Source: Octopus sinensis (lineage: Eukaryota). From it: 64,000 bases of DNA. Positions 25,127-38,232 of the stretch are shown here, one piece after another. A model generated the notes under the pieces. The model was not told where the DNA came from and made no database searches. It worked only from the letters and a program-made list of their open reading frames with translations. The DNA is taken from assembly GCF_006345805.1 (NCBI RefSeq), contig NC_043003.1, positions 70,432,001 through 70,496,000 of the forward strand, written 5' to 3'. The stretch's first letter is position 1. Every line of letters begins with the position of its first letter. Made by a program: the position numbers and the translations under genes.

Positions 25127-25128
<2 letters not shown>
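24437..25128. mobile_element. Mariner-like MITE interrupted by a Helitron
   Basis: The right part ending aaagccaggaacttttcggtatctctcgta matches 47225-47352. The left remnant gttaattatgactttatt precedes the Helitron. Confidence 0.55.
24475..24988 (-). mobile_element. Non-autonomous Helitron
   Basis: Minus strand: a|TC start, subterminal hairpin cccgagcaacgccggg, CTAG|t end. Paralog at 36127-36521. Confidence 0.85.
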
Positions 25129-25157
<29 letters not shown>

Positions 25158-26384
25158 GTGGGTTGTCCAATGCGTATGTAAATTGTTTTTATTGCGTGTT
25201 AGTCTCGTATATAAATTGGTTCCATTTATGATTAGTTAATCTTTTCTCTTTTACTTGTTTCAGTCATTGGAATGTACTTATGCCATAGTCGATCAAATGA
25301 TACCCTGTTCATATTGTTAAGTCTAATGCTTATTTTATCGGTCTGAGGAGACACTTACCCAAGGCGTCGACTGAACTCTAAATCATGTGGTGGCTTTCTA
25401 GGCGATTAATTAATAAATTGGTGATATCCAAGTCACCAAACAACGATGAAAAAACAGCAACGGACAAAGTATAAAGTGAATATAATACAGTGGAAGGAAG
25501 AAAACAAAAACAAGCTGACTGGAGTCCTTCGTCAAAACTGAAATATGGAGAAGAGGGTTTAAAACCAAAGACCTCAAGCAAAGCCTCATTGCTATTCGAT
25601 GCTTAAAAATTCCTATTATATTTTTATGATTAGAAATTTTATTTTGTGTTTTGTAGAAGTATAAACAATCTATTGCAGATAAATCTTAACAAAATCTTAT
25701 TTGGGCCCCAAAGGGTTAATATGGATCCCGTTGAGAAGCACTGGGCTAAAATGTAAAATTGAAGAGGAAAGAAAAAAAGATGACTGTGCAGAGTTGTGGT
25801 TTGGTTGGGAAAGAAAAAGTAGAAGAACGAAGTCACTTTTAGAAGATCAAGATTGAAGTGTCGGGGATGTCAATGTAACAAGTAACGGCGGAGGGTGCAT
25901 AGGATAGCAGAGCTAATGGGGGAAATGGAAATAAGGGATAGAGAAGCTTGTGTGCCTGCGAGCGTGCGTGTGTGTGTGAGCGTCTGTGTATGCGAAGTAA
26001 AGCTTACGTAGTGTTTTTACAAGGCGCCAGAGAGTGTATGGGTGAATGAGGGGGGAAGGATTTGTGAAGGAAGTGAAATATGTGGGAAGTATGTTCGGGA
26101 AATGTACGAGGTGTCTTCGGTGAATGTGTGTATTTAAGTTATTTGTATACAATGTTGGATCGCCATATTTATTAGTTATATAGCTTATATAAAGGTTAAG
26201 TCCTGTGTATAAATTGTTTATATATAGTGTTAGCACAAGATTTGTTGCATAGATTATTTTGAGGGTTCATCTGCTATATAAATTGTTTATACACAATGTC
26301 GGCTTCGGATATGAACGGGATATTCTCAAAACTGGATAGACACAAAATTAGGGAAGTGAATAGGCTTTATATTTTTATTTTCTG

Positions 26385-26687
26385 TTTTATTTGGTTTAGT
26401 CATATGATTGTGGCCATGCTGGGGCATCCCCTTGAAGAGTATAGTCGAAGAAATTGATCCCAGGACTTATTTTTTGAAGTCTCGTTCTTATTCTGTAGGT
26501 GTTTTTTTGCCGGGTCTATGTTACAGGGACGTAAACAATCAACACGTGTTCTTAAGGGGCATTAGTGGTGGTGGACAATCACAAAAACTAACACACACGT
26601 ATATATTCATAGACACATTATATGTATATATATATATATATATATATCTATATATATTATATATATATATATATATATGTATATGTG

Positions 26688-26754
<67 letters not shown>

Positions 26755-26775
26755 GTATGTATGTGTGTATGTATA

Positions 26776-26826
<51 letters not shown>

Positions 26827-27474
26827 TAGATAGATAGATAGATAAGAAAGTTGGTTTGTGAAAGCACGTGGTTGAATATATAGAAAATAGTAAAAAGTGA
26901 AAAAACTACAGAAGGCTTAAAGGTTAAAAAATATATATATTTGAGTCAATATGTCTGAAGAATATAAAAAATTTTTTTTTTCCTTACAATGACATAGTTT
27001 AGAAGAAAGACCGATAACTCTATTCAACATAAACATAACGTCATAAGAAAGTTGAAAAGCTAAACGCGAAACCGGTCTTTCTTCTAAATTATGTCATTGT
27101 AAGGAAAAAAAAAAAAAATTTATATTCTTCAGACATATTGACGCAAATATATATATTTTTTTAACCTTTAAGCCTTCTGTAGTTTTTTCACTTTTTACTA
27201 TTTTCTATATATATATATATATATACATTTATATATATATAATATATATGTATAATTTCAATACGGAGGAAATAATTCAGAACAATTAAAAGTGATATTA
27301 ACAGAATCAATAATTATTTATATGTATATATATATATAAAAATATTATATACATACATATATATACATATATAATAATATTATATATATATACATATACG
27401 TATATGTGTATATATATCTATATATATACATATACATACATATATATATATATATATATAATATATATATACAT

Positions 27475-27563
<89 letters not shown>

Positions 27564-27735
27564 ATATATATATATATATACACGGCGGGCTTTCACACAG
27601 TTTCCGTTTACCAAATTCACTCACAAGGTGTATTGGTCAGCCTGGAGCTAGAGTAGAAAATACCTTCTCAAAATGTCGCGCAAAGGGATTGAACCCCTGA
27701 CCACGCAATTGCAAAGCGAATTAATAAACCACACA
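26385..27735 (-). mobile_element. SINE family A split by ~1 kb of (TA)n and an inverted-repeat insertion
   Basis: Tail at ~26385-26590, head at ~27580-27735. Confidence 0.65.
26876..27212. repeat. ~137-bp inverted repeat with ~59-nt spacer
   Basis: 26876-27013 is the reverse complement of 27073-27212. Confidence 0.9.
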
Positions 27736-28529
27736 AATACGTTTATATTACAAAGTTGACAGGAAATTACTGTTAGTTTTTCTTTTCTTTTGCTTTTTAA
27801 ATTATCCATTTTTTCATCCAATGAGAAAGCGAGGACGTTGATTAATTCTAAAATGAATTATCAACTACATAAAATCCATTTCAGTGACTTTTGCGTTTAA
27901 TTGCAAAGAAATAGAAAATTATCAGAGATGCCTTTTATTTGAATATGATAATGTTACCGTTGTTGAGAGTTCATTGATAAATTCACAAAGTGAATACATA
28001 AATTCATTAATTAATGAATTCTTCAATTTGGCATACAAGATATGCTTTCAATTATACTTGATAGAGATTTTGAAGTGATAAAATGCTGTAATGTTATTTA
28101 TGCGAAAACTACACCGCAAATAACTGAAAAAGAAATAATTGAATTTATTGAAGCTGATCTTTATAATAGCATTTATAATGGAAACACTAGAATACAATAA
28201 TATAAATTAAAATACTTGATTGCTACTATATATGCTATAAATAATATATTCAAAGGAAAGACGTTTGCAATAACAGATACTCAAATACAATTGGCCAGGT
28301 TTATGCTTCTGCTTTGATACTAACTTGATCGTCTGCCTGATTTATTCTTCACGTTTTATCTTTTTATGCAAAGCAGGGAAAATAAATTTGTTAAAATCAT
28401 CTTTAAACAAAGATCATAAAAGATGAAAATAATTACTTTGGTCTGTAATATTTATAGAAATGTTTGATAAAAGAAATTAGTTTCATGACGCATTTTTACA
28501 ATACCGTTTATAATATATTTCCGCAAATA

Positions 28530-29165
28530 CAGGGTTGTTAGATAAATTTGTTCGTTTTCTTTCATTTATTTTAATCCTTATTTTTATCAACAATTTTAAC
28601 AAATCAGTCATTGTTCACCGCTTCTTGCCAATGCTGCACTAGCTTGTCAATGCCATGTCTCTAGAAACCACGGTCCTGATAGGAAGAATTCATCAAGCTA
28701 TGTTTTCAGCTCCATATCATTGTTAACCGAAACGTTTCACAGACTGTTAGAAAGTCACTGAAAAAGATGATAACCTGAAGGCCCTACATAAAAAAATACG
28801 GCAGGTGCGATATACCTTCCCAACCAAGCTTTTGAATAGCATTTTTGGTAAAATTAGCAATGTCGTGATGAGCGTTATCGTGTTGAATAAGCACGTCGCT
28901 GGTTGTGTTGTTCGGACTGTATTCATCGAATGAAAGCGACGGGCGACAGTGTCATGAGAGCATCCCATCTGCTGACCCAGTTCTTTAGTGGATTGGTGTG
29001 GATCCACGTGGATGAGTTCGTCCACTCGAGCCTCATTGAACTGAACAGGTCAACCGGAACGCAAAGCCTGTGAGGTCGAATTTCCACTCCTTGATGCGTG
29101 AAAACCATTTCTGCGCAGTTCTTTCAGTAATAGCACCTTCTATGTACACAGCACAAATATCTCAA
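28530..29165 (-). pseudogene. Internally deleted mariner transposase relic
   Basis: HTH-like DPHQSTKELGQQMGCSHDTVAR, then IQHDNAHH..TKNAIQKLGWE and HGIDKLVQHWQEAV, matching mariner HDNARPH and GIxKLxxRW motifs. Stops and frameshifts present. Confidence 0.8.
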
Positions 29166-29457
29166 GCGGCTCGGTTGACGCGCACAAGGGTTGTGAGAGA
29201 GTAGCAGATAGAAAAGGTGTGGGCGCAAAAACCAAAACCTTACAGAATTCTTGAAGGTGTAGAGTTTGTCTGACATCGTCTGGACTTCATGAATGCACCA
29301 ACCTTTTATGTCACCTTTGAACTACCTTTCAGCCTTTTGGGATCGATAAATCAAGTACCAATTAAGTACGGAGGTCGATGTAATCGACTATCCCCCTCCC
29401 CACAAATTGTAGGCCTTGTCCCTGTAGTAGAAATGATCTTCATCATCATCATCATCA

Positions 29458-29493
<36 letters not shown>

Positions 29494-30994
29494 TATTATT
29501 ATTATTATTATTGTCATCATCATCATCATCATCATCATATCACCATCATTACTTTTAATCTGCAAGTTTGTTACAATCACTTGCCAAGACACACCCACCG
29601 TCCTAGGGCGAGTGAAGGATAAGACATGTTACAGTATAACTGAAAGCTTGGGGAGGGGTAGTAGCAGGAGCAAAAGCGAAATATTTTCATGTAATACATC
29701 ATAGATTTAAATAGATAGACCTTTTTCAAAGGTTCTATGTTAAGCTTCATCGCGCAGACTATCATCTAAGACTGTCATGCCGAGCATAACCAATCCGTCG
29801 ATGTAGGGGTAGCTAGCACCATAGTATTTCTTGTATTGTCTTCTTATAGAATCATTATATCAGATATGTATGATTTGAGAGTTTTGTAGTTACAGGTAGC
29901 GGATTCAGCAACTGCGTAAAGTCTGAACCCATTCTTATTTGTTGGAGAATTATCAACAAATTGTCTTGTAGTAGTATAAGGGGTATACTGCTGGATGGGA
30001 GAGGTAGCTAGGCGCTAATCAATATACCTTACTGTGATATATTCGCGTAAACTCATATAACGCGTTCGAATACACTTGGATGTGAGGAGAGCTTCTATTG
30101 CTCTGCTAGTCTCAGAACATTCTTCTCTTAGTCATGGGTAAAATACAAAATGGACCATGAATAACGTCATTGGATCATAAAATGCATGCGTTTCTTTATC
30201 GAGACACTTTGTTAGCTACGAACACCAAATCTGTCACTCGTAGCCCGATAAGTAGAAATTATTCGAGTTAAAAGAATTTGCTGAAGTGTATAAAGGTCGG
30301 TTAACAGAGAATTAATTAAAAGTGCATAAAGGTTGGTTAACAGAGAATTAAATAAATACTGTCATACGGAGAGGTGTTGAATAAAATATATTTCATATAA
30401 AGTCATATTCAACGCTTCGAATGCACTCGGATGTGAGTGAGCCTTTCGCTGTGGAGTTAGTCCCGGAAGAAAATTCTCGTCGAGTGCACTAGAATGTATT
30501 TAATATAACTTTATACCATTATATTTCATTCAACGCTGCTTCGTGTGGCGTTATTTACATTTTTCTTTATTTTGTTACGTCCCTGAACTAAAATTCTGGA
30601 GTCGACATTGCATAGTTTTTCTTTGTAGGTCGATAAAAACATATAAATCATGGCTGGTTGCCGGCAGATTTTTCTGCTCTGAAAAAGGATTTTATCCTTT
30701 ATATATACTCTTCAGTATTTATGTGTTGAAAAAAATATATATCTTTCTACTTGTTCTATAAAAATCAAATATTGATGAGCAATTCAGTAAAACTACAGTA
30801 TTTCACTAAAATGTGTGCTGTTCAGAAAATGAAACTCTGAGTGATCGCTCGATCTGCTAAGAACAGTTTCTAAATTACCTTTAAAACATACATTATTTTC
30901 TTAAAGAAAAACAAGTATCACATTACAGATTGTCGGTGAATATGTCTGAAAATAAGAATAGTTGATAAGAATATAGATTATAGGATGAGACGAT

Positions 30995-31032
<38 letters not shown>

Positions 31033-31493
31033 AACAACAGCAGCAACAGTAACAATAACGACACAACAATATGTCTTGTGTCAATATAAAACAGAATTAT
31101 AAGTGGTTGTATTAATTTTAGTAACAACGGTATTTATCTACATCCATTATTCTTCCATCTTTGTATGTCTGTGTGTCGTGTATGTATATATGTGCGTATG
31201 TGCGTATGAGAGGAAATGTGTACGTGTGTGTGCGCGCGTAGGAGGAGAAGAAATGAGGTTAGTTTTTTAAAAAAAATGTTTTCTATTGCGCATAAAATTA
31301 GTTTGTGTGTGTGTGTGTGTGTTGTATGTTTGTATGAGCAGCTATATACTCACGCACGCACCACAAATATACACACATACACGCAAACACACACAACACG
31401 CACGTACATACACACACAAATAGATGTAAATCCTCAATGAATCGTTTATTTGTATAGCCTTGTATTTATCGTAGACTTTGTCTTTGTACAATA

Positions 31494-31562
<69 letters not shown>

Positions 31563-31846
31563 CTCAGCTGCTGCTGCTTTTCCTTATTGGCCACAAACTT
31601 CTGTACATATTGCATTAGATGTGCTAAACAAAGGAGATGCAATTCTTATGGGATGTATATTCATACCTCGTCTATTGATTGTAGTCAAATGTAATATGCT
31701 ATATACTGAAGCGAGTTATGAATATTGTAAAATAAACAAAGGGCAAAACATCCGCAAATGGATAAGACTAGGGAACTTCATCACTCTAACCATGTTCTAC
31801 TCCGTTCATTTACTGTAAAAAGGGTCTTCCAAAATTATCCGTGTAT

Positions 31847-32232
31847 AGGCGCAGGAGTGGCTGTGTGGTAAGTAGCTTGCTTACCAACCACATGGTTCCG
31901 GGTTCAGTCCCACTGCGTGACACCTTGCTCAAGTGTCTTCTACTAAAGCCTTGTGAGTGGATTTGGTAGACGGAAACTAAAAGAAGCCCGTCGTATATAT
32001 GTATATGTATATATATGTGTGTGTTTGCGTGTCTGTGTTTGTCCTTCCAGCATCGCTTGACAACCGATGTTGGTGTGTTTACGTCCCCGTAGCATAGCGG
32101 TTCGGTAAAAAGGACCGATATAATAAGTACTAGGCTTACAAAGAATAAGTCCTGGCGTCGATTTACTCAACTAAAGGTGGGCTCCAGCATGGCCGCTGTC
32201 AAATGACTGAAACAAGTAAAAGAGTAAAAGAG
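31847..32232 (+). mobile_element. SINE family A (tRNA head, CORE-like segment), near full length
   Basis: aggcgcaggagtggctgtgtggtaag head, gggttcagtccc B-box, accttgctcaagtgtctt, tail gtaaaagagtaaaagag. Confidence 0.9.
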
Positions 32233-32494
32233 AAAGCGTATTCTGTCGGTATTCCCCAAACCGCGAAGGGCCCTTTATCGTATAGAGCAATGATTCTCAA
32301 CCATTTTTACCATGTAGATGCCTTTGGTTCCTATTTTATTGTAATAGATTTCCATAGCCATTTGCTGTGTATGAAAAGAAAATCTTACTGTATTTTGGTG
32401 ATTAAATATTATTAGGAATTATATTAAAAAAAAATTTTAATATCTGGTGTATTGTAGAGGTACAGCCAATTTATTTCACGTAAATATTGGTTTA

Positions 32495-32665
32495 AAATTT
32501 TGGTATAAGGCCAGCAAGAGGAGTGGGGTAAATCGATTATATCGACCCCAGTGCTCAACTGGTACTTATTTTAACGACCTTGAAAAGATGAAAGACAAAG
32601 TCGGCCTCGGTGGAATTTGAACTCAAAACGTGAAGACGGACGAAATGCCGCTAAGCATTCTGCCA
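32495..32665 (-). mobile_element. SINE family B
   Basis: atcgaccccagtgctcaactggtacttattt..ggaatttgaactc. Confidence 0.8.
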
Positions 32666-32739
32666 GGTCTCTTACCAATGACTCTCTATTTTAATTTTAC
32701 TATATATATATATATTATATATATATATATACATTTTTT

Positions 32740-33036
32740 ATACGCCCTTTTCAAACCTAGCCAGGCTCATGGGCCCGGTTTCCCGGTTTCAATGGCGTAT
32801 GTGTTTCCCCCAGCTGGACGGGACGCCAGTCCATCGCAGCGTTACTCAAGAAACAGGAAGAGAGAGTGAGAGAAAGTTTGGGCGAAAGAGTACAACAGAG
32901 GTCGCCACCACCCCCTGCCGGAGCCTCATGGAGCTTTATGTGTTTTCGCGCAATAAACACACGCAACGCCCGGTCTGGGAATCGAAACCGCGATCCTCCG
33001 ACCGCTGCCCTAAACACTGGGCCATTGCGCCTCCAC
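32740..33036 (-). mobile_element. SINE family C subfamily
   Basis: ctggacgggacgccagtccatcgcag core and gagagaaagtttggggcgaaagag segment. Confidence 0.8.
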
Positions 33037-33405
33037 TATATATATATATATAAGACAAGGCATGAATACTGTTCATTATTTTTCTTTATTGTAGTAAATT
33101 TGACTTACAGCTGTTTCTAGAAGTCATTATGGTTTCGTTATTGATAGTTTTACTCAATCGGCCCATTGACGACATACGACCGCGCTGTTACTCGATCACC
33201 TGAACTGGTTATTCGCTGAGTAAGCACGTTGTTACCTCCCTTTACGTTCCCCAGTTTTGATGCAATAACAGATTAATGACTGCAAACCAGTGAAATAATA
33301 AAAGAATGAAAAACATATATCTGCGTATGTTTGTACATTTGAACCTGTATCTCTTCTCAGATGCTTGTGTATTAGTGTAGAGGCCCTGTGTACAGATGCT
33401 CTATA

Positions 33406-33833
33406 CTCTTTTACTCTTTTACTTGTTTCAGTTATTTGACTGCGACCATGCTGGAGCACCGCCTTTAGTCGAGCAAATCGACTTATTCTTTAGAAGCCTA
33501 GTACTTATTCTATCGGTCTCTTTTTGCCGAACCGCTAAGTTACGGGCACGTAAACACACCAACATCGGTTGTCAAGTGATGTTGTGTGTGTGTGTGTGTC
33601 TGTCTGTGTGTGTGTGTGTTGGAAAAACACAGACACACAAGCATATACACACATGCATATATATATATATACATATATACGACGTGCTTCTTTCAGTTAC
33701 CGTCCACTCACAAGGCTTTGGTCGGCCTGAGGCTATAGTAGAAGACACTTGCCCAAGGTACCACGCAGTGGGAATGAACCCGGAACCATGTGGTTGGTAA
33801 GCAAGAACTTACCACACAGCCATTTCTGCACCT
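33406..33833 (-). mobile_element. SINE family A
   Basis: Full tail-to-head match. Confidence 0.9.
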
Positions 33834-34345
33834 CTATATATATGTATGATATATACTATATGAATCTGATGAGGCAGAGCCATTTCCTAGACTCGGTCTA
33901 TTTTTGACGCTTGCATCAGATTGTTTAGCTGACTGAAACTTTCTATGGTAGTCTTGAGGCACCGATCGTCAGCGATATTTCAGGAAGGGCCAAAATGAAA
34001 GCGGTTGTGACATTCAATATATTTCTATAAAGATATTAATAATATACCTGTAACCGTTCCAAATAGAAAATGAAATCATGGTATTTCCACAAATCATTCG
34101 AAATAAATTAATCAAATTGCTTTAGAGCTGGATATACGAATTAAATATGTATAATTCGTGGCTTGAAGTCACAAACAAATTTCCAATTATAACGTAAATA
34201 TATTGGAAACGTATCAACCATTAATCGAGTCTAAGCCACCCTGTGGCAATGGATATGGCTGTGTAGTTAAGCTTCTGTCGTTGCAACAAAGTACAGAGTT
34301 CGTTACTACTGAGAAGCATTTAGGATAAGTGGGGTTTTTTTGTAC

Positions 34346-34692
34346 ATGCGCAGGAGCGGATGTGTGGTAAGCAGCTTACTTACCAACCACATAGTTCCGG
34401 GTTCAGTCCCACCTCGTGGCACCTTGGGTAAATGTCTTCTACTATAGTCTCGGGCCGACAAAAGCCTTGTGAATGGATTTGGCAGACGGAAACTGAAAGA
34501 AGCCCGTCGTATATATATATATATATATATATATATGTTTGTGAGTCTGTGTTTGTCTCCTCCACCATTACTTGACGACCGATGCTGGTGTGTTTACGTC
34601 CCAGCGATCTAGCGGTTCAGCAAAAGAGCACGACAGAATAAATACTACTAGGCTTATAAAAGAATAAGTCTCGGGGTCGATTTGTTCGACTA
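34346..34692 (+). mobile_element. SINE family A, 3'-truncated
   Basis: Head, internal (TA)n and body. Confidence 0.85.
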
Positions 34693-34933
34693 AAATCTAT
34701 TTACTAACTACTAGAATCTGTTTACTATATTTTTTTTTACGCTGACACACATAGTGAAGGTGGAATAAGTCTTGTATTTTAACTGTTCTGTTCCCGGATT
34801 TATTTTACTGAACCAGCATTTAGCCTTTGTCTTTGTCATCGCCGAACAACTGCTAACTTTTCAAAATTACTTAACAACTAATATTTATAGTTATAAATGC
34901 AAATTTATACTCTGGGCATACAATATATTAGTT

Positions 34934-35239
34934 GTTGTTTGTTCCTTCACGAGCCATGCCTGGCTCATAAGTGTCGGTTTCCCGGTTTCCTTGGCGTGTA
35001 GGTTCCCCACCTGAACGGGACGCCGGTCCGTTGCAGGTGAGCTTACAAGATGCAGGAGGAAAGAGTGATAGAAAGTTGTGGCGAAAGAGTCAGCAGAAGT
35101 TCACCATTACTTTCTGCTGGAGCTGCGTAGAGCTTAGGTGTTTCGCTCATAAACACACACATCACCCAGTCTGAGATTCGAACCCTCGATCCCTCGACCG
35201 CGAGTCCGCTGCTCTAACTACTAGGCCATGTGCCTCCAC
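34934..35239 (-). mobile_element. SINE family C with target-site duplication
   Basis: Flanked by direct repeat aatatattagtt (34922-34933 / 35240-35251). Confidence 0.9.
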
Positions 35240-35349
35240 AATATATTAGTTACGAGAACATAAACACTCCAACACTCTTTGTTAAGCGATGGTGGGGGAC
35301 AAATACAGACACAAAGACGCCTCCTCCCTTATATATATATATATATATA

Positions 35350-36521
35350 TCTTATTATAAAAGGCAGATTTTATCTGCCTCCCTTTGTAACTTATAGAAA
35401 TCTACAATATAGGATTTCTTCAATTACAATTTACCTAGCATTTTTAAGAGTAGAATGCATCGGGTTTTGCCAGGTCCAGTTTTTAAAATTTAAACTCCAA
35501 TTAAGCAAAATTTACAGAAAACTCACATTCTGGTGTGTATGTCAAATGCTTTTCTTAGTCTGGTTTACAGCACACGCTAACGCACACACACAGTGTGCAA
35601 CGAATAAAGTGAAACTAGATGTAATATTTGTTTCTGTCTATCACGCTGATAGATACATGAGTAAAATGTATGGCAAGCTAACAGATAACAGTGAGTGAAA
35701 ATGTTCTTGGAAGAGAGTAAATAGCGACAAAGTGATTTGAGGAAGACTAAACTGAAAGTATGAAACAGTGTTTATGTATAAACAGACGACTCTTATATAA
35801 ACCCTTTCGTTACCAAACCGCCCGAATTTACCTATTCATATTTAAATGAGAATATCAGAGTAAATCTCTTTAGTACATTCGTGAAAACACGTATTATACT
35901 TCGTAAACACTTCAAATACAGTTTTGTACAAAAATCGAAGTGTAATTTTAATTCCGTGAATTATGGGAGATTTTTTTCCGAAATTTGTTCCTATTGTGTT
36001 TTCAAATTTGTAATTCTGACAAAAAATGGATACGAATTTCATTATATCAAGCAGCGAGTTAGAATTCGAAGGATTTTCTACTGAAGACCTTCATAAATCT
36101 AACTCTATGACTGAAAAAAAAAAGCATCTTTATATAAGAGTGAAGTTGTGTGTCTGTCTTCTACGATTTAGATTCGTAACTACTCCCACATTTTGCGGTG
36201 CAGTTTAACCAAAAGCGGGTATCTTATAGTCGTGATTCATATCGAGACCTTCTGGGTATTAGCGCGCGTCTACGATGAGTCTACGATTTAAAAAAAATTT
36301 ACCATCATATTTTCCCATTTTAATGCATTTTTTTCGCTTTTATATAAGGGAAATAACTCTCTAAAAATATCTACGATGTGTCAACGATTTAAAAAAAAAA
36401 TTACCTTAATTTTTTTTCAATTTTTAATGCATTTTTTTGCTATTTTTTGGCTATAACTCTCTAAAAATGCTTATATAGTTATTTCCCTTACAACCCGAGC
36501 AACGCCGGGCGATACTGCTAG
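35350..36521 (+). mobile_element. Composite non-autonomous Helitron (inner unit 36127-36521)
   Basis: Two a|TC starts (tcttattataaaa at 35350, tctttatataag at 36127) and one 3' hairpin plus CTAG|t. Confidence 0.7.
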
Positions 36522-36526
36522 TATAT

Positions 36527-36575
<49 letters not shown>

Positions 36576-36582
36576 TATATTT

Positions 36583-37040
36583 GGCGAACAAAAGTGTGGA
36601 GTGGAGTGAAAGCATTTGAAGAGGTCAGGATGACACATGCAAGACTCAAGGGAGATTTAAAAAAATATGTTGCGGTCGAGAAGGTGAATCTCAGTGACCA
36701 TTCTGTGTGCACAGTTTATGACAGGCAATACCTTTCTTTTGCTGGGTTCAAATCTCATTTGTGGACCCATGAAAAACCGAACCTCCACTAACTATTCTGC
36801 CGATATATATATATGCACCTTTCAATGCCGTGTATGCCATAAGAGCTGCAAATCTAACGGAAGCCACAAAGGTAATTTTAAGATCCACAAAGATCAGAAC
36901 TTAACAGTAGCTCTTGGTGGTCCAAATCGGATATGCAATCTATGTGGGTGTCTTTTCAATACATTGCCTGGTTTAAATAGCCACGTCAGACGCCATGACG
37001 AATCTAAGGTGTATGTCCATAACTTGTAGACAACCACCAT
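36583..37040 (+). mobile_element. RTE-type LINE 3' end with C2H2 zinc fingers, frameshifted
   Basis: WSGVKAFEEVR, then C..Y..GFKSHLWTH, CRVCHKSC..KIH and CNLCG..GLNSHVRRH. Confidence 0.65.
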
Positions 37041-37867
37041 ATATATATATATATATACATACGTATATATTTGGTCGACTAAAGGCGGTGCTCCAGCATG
37101 GGCGCAGTCTAATGACTGAAACAAATAAAATACTAAAAGAATATATATATATATTCACGATAGACTTCTTTCAGTTTCTATCTACCAAATCCACAAATCC
37201 ACTCACAAGGCTCTGGAAGGCCCGTGGTTATATTGGAAATCATTTTCCCAACGTGTCATGCTGTGAAACTGAACTTGGAGCCGTGTGGCTGGAAAGGAAG
37301 CTTCTTACCACACTGCTACATCTTAAACAAGATTTTAAGAGCGTTATTCCGTGGACAAAAGAAACACACGTTGCTGAAGTAATTTGCCAAAGCTTTTAGC
37401 TTGTAGCGTTTTCAATGACTTCCTTGTAATGTTTTTTTGTACAAATTTGTTTTTAATAAGCATACCTATCATACAATATCACTTAGTCAGGCAATTAACA
37501 GCAATATCAAACCCGCCAGGACAGATTCCACTTAAGTTCCTTTGCTAGCGAAATGAGCATTTAGAACTTTTACAAAGAAATCGACTGAGATTACTTCAGT
37601 ACACAAGTCGTGTAGTTGTACGTTCTTATACACATACACAGCAGCCAAGAGTGTACAGTAAAGACTTTAATTTCATGTTTCTGTATGAATTTCTGTTGTT
37701 TATTTGAAAGTATGACACAGCTTGAACCGGTATTTCTGACCGTATGATAATATTTAGGCAAACAAAATTAAAAGAAGAAAAACTAATAACAACAATAATG
37801 GTGGTTATGATCTTGATGATGATGATTATGATGATTAAGATTATGATATAATAATAATAATATAATA

Positions 37868-37918
<51 letters not shown>

Positions 37919-37939
37919 TGATGATGATGATAATAACAA

Positions 37940-38128
37940 TAGGGCTGCAAATATGTGGAACAAATAGGGGCTGCAATAAAGGTGGAGCACTTGCAGAAAA
38001 CTGCACTGCTTCGAACCGCTCGAGTACTCTGGAAGGTGCTCAAAAAATAAGAGGTGTTACCTTAGTTCACTGGTAGTGAACATCTGACACAGTAGTACAT
38101 CTTCAATGCTAGAAGCTGTGCAAAGTCA
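37940..38128 (+). mobile_element. R4/Dong 3' terminal fragment (distinct lineage)
   Basis: KVEHLQKTALLRTARVLWKVL*, short UTR, then (AAT)n. Confidence 0.75.
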
Positions 38129-38155
38129 ATAATAATAATAATAATAATAATAATG

Positions 38156-38197
<42 letters not shown>

Positions 38198-38232
38198 TAA
38201 TAATAATAATAATAATAATTAATAATAATAAT

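Noticed and set aside
29690-30200. Possible L2-type LINE remnant on the minus strand
   Set aside because: Only faint motif resemblance with many stops, so it cannot be supported by eye
33860-33925. CUGAUGA-ggc-aga-gcc motif
   Set aside because: Followed by auuuc rather than GAAA
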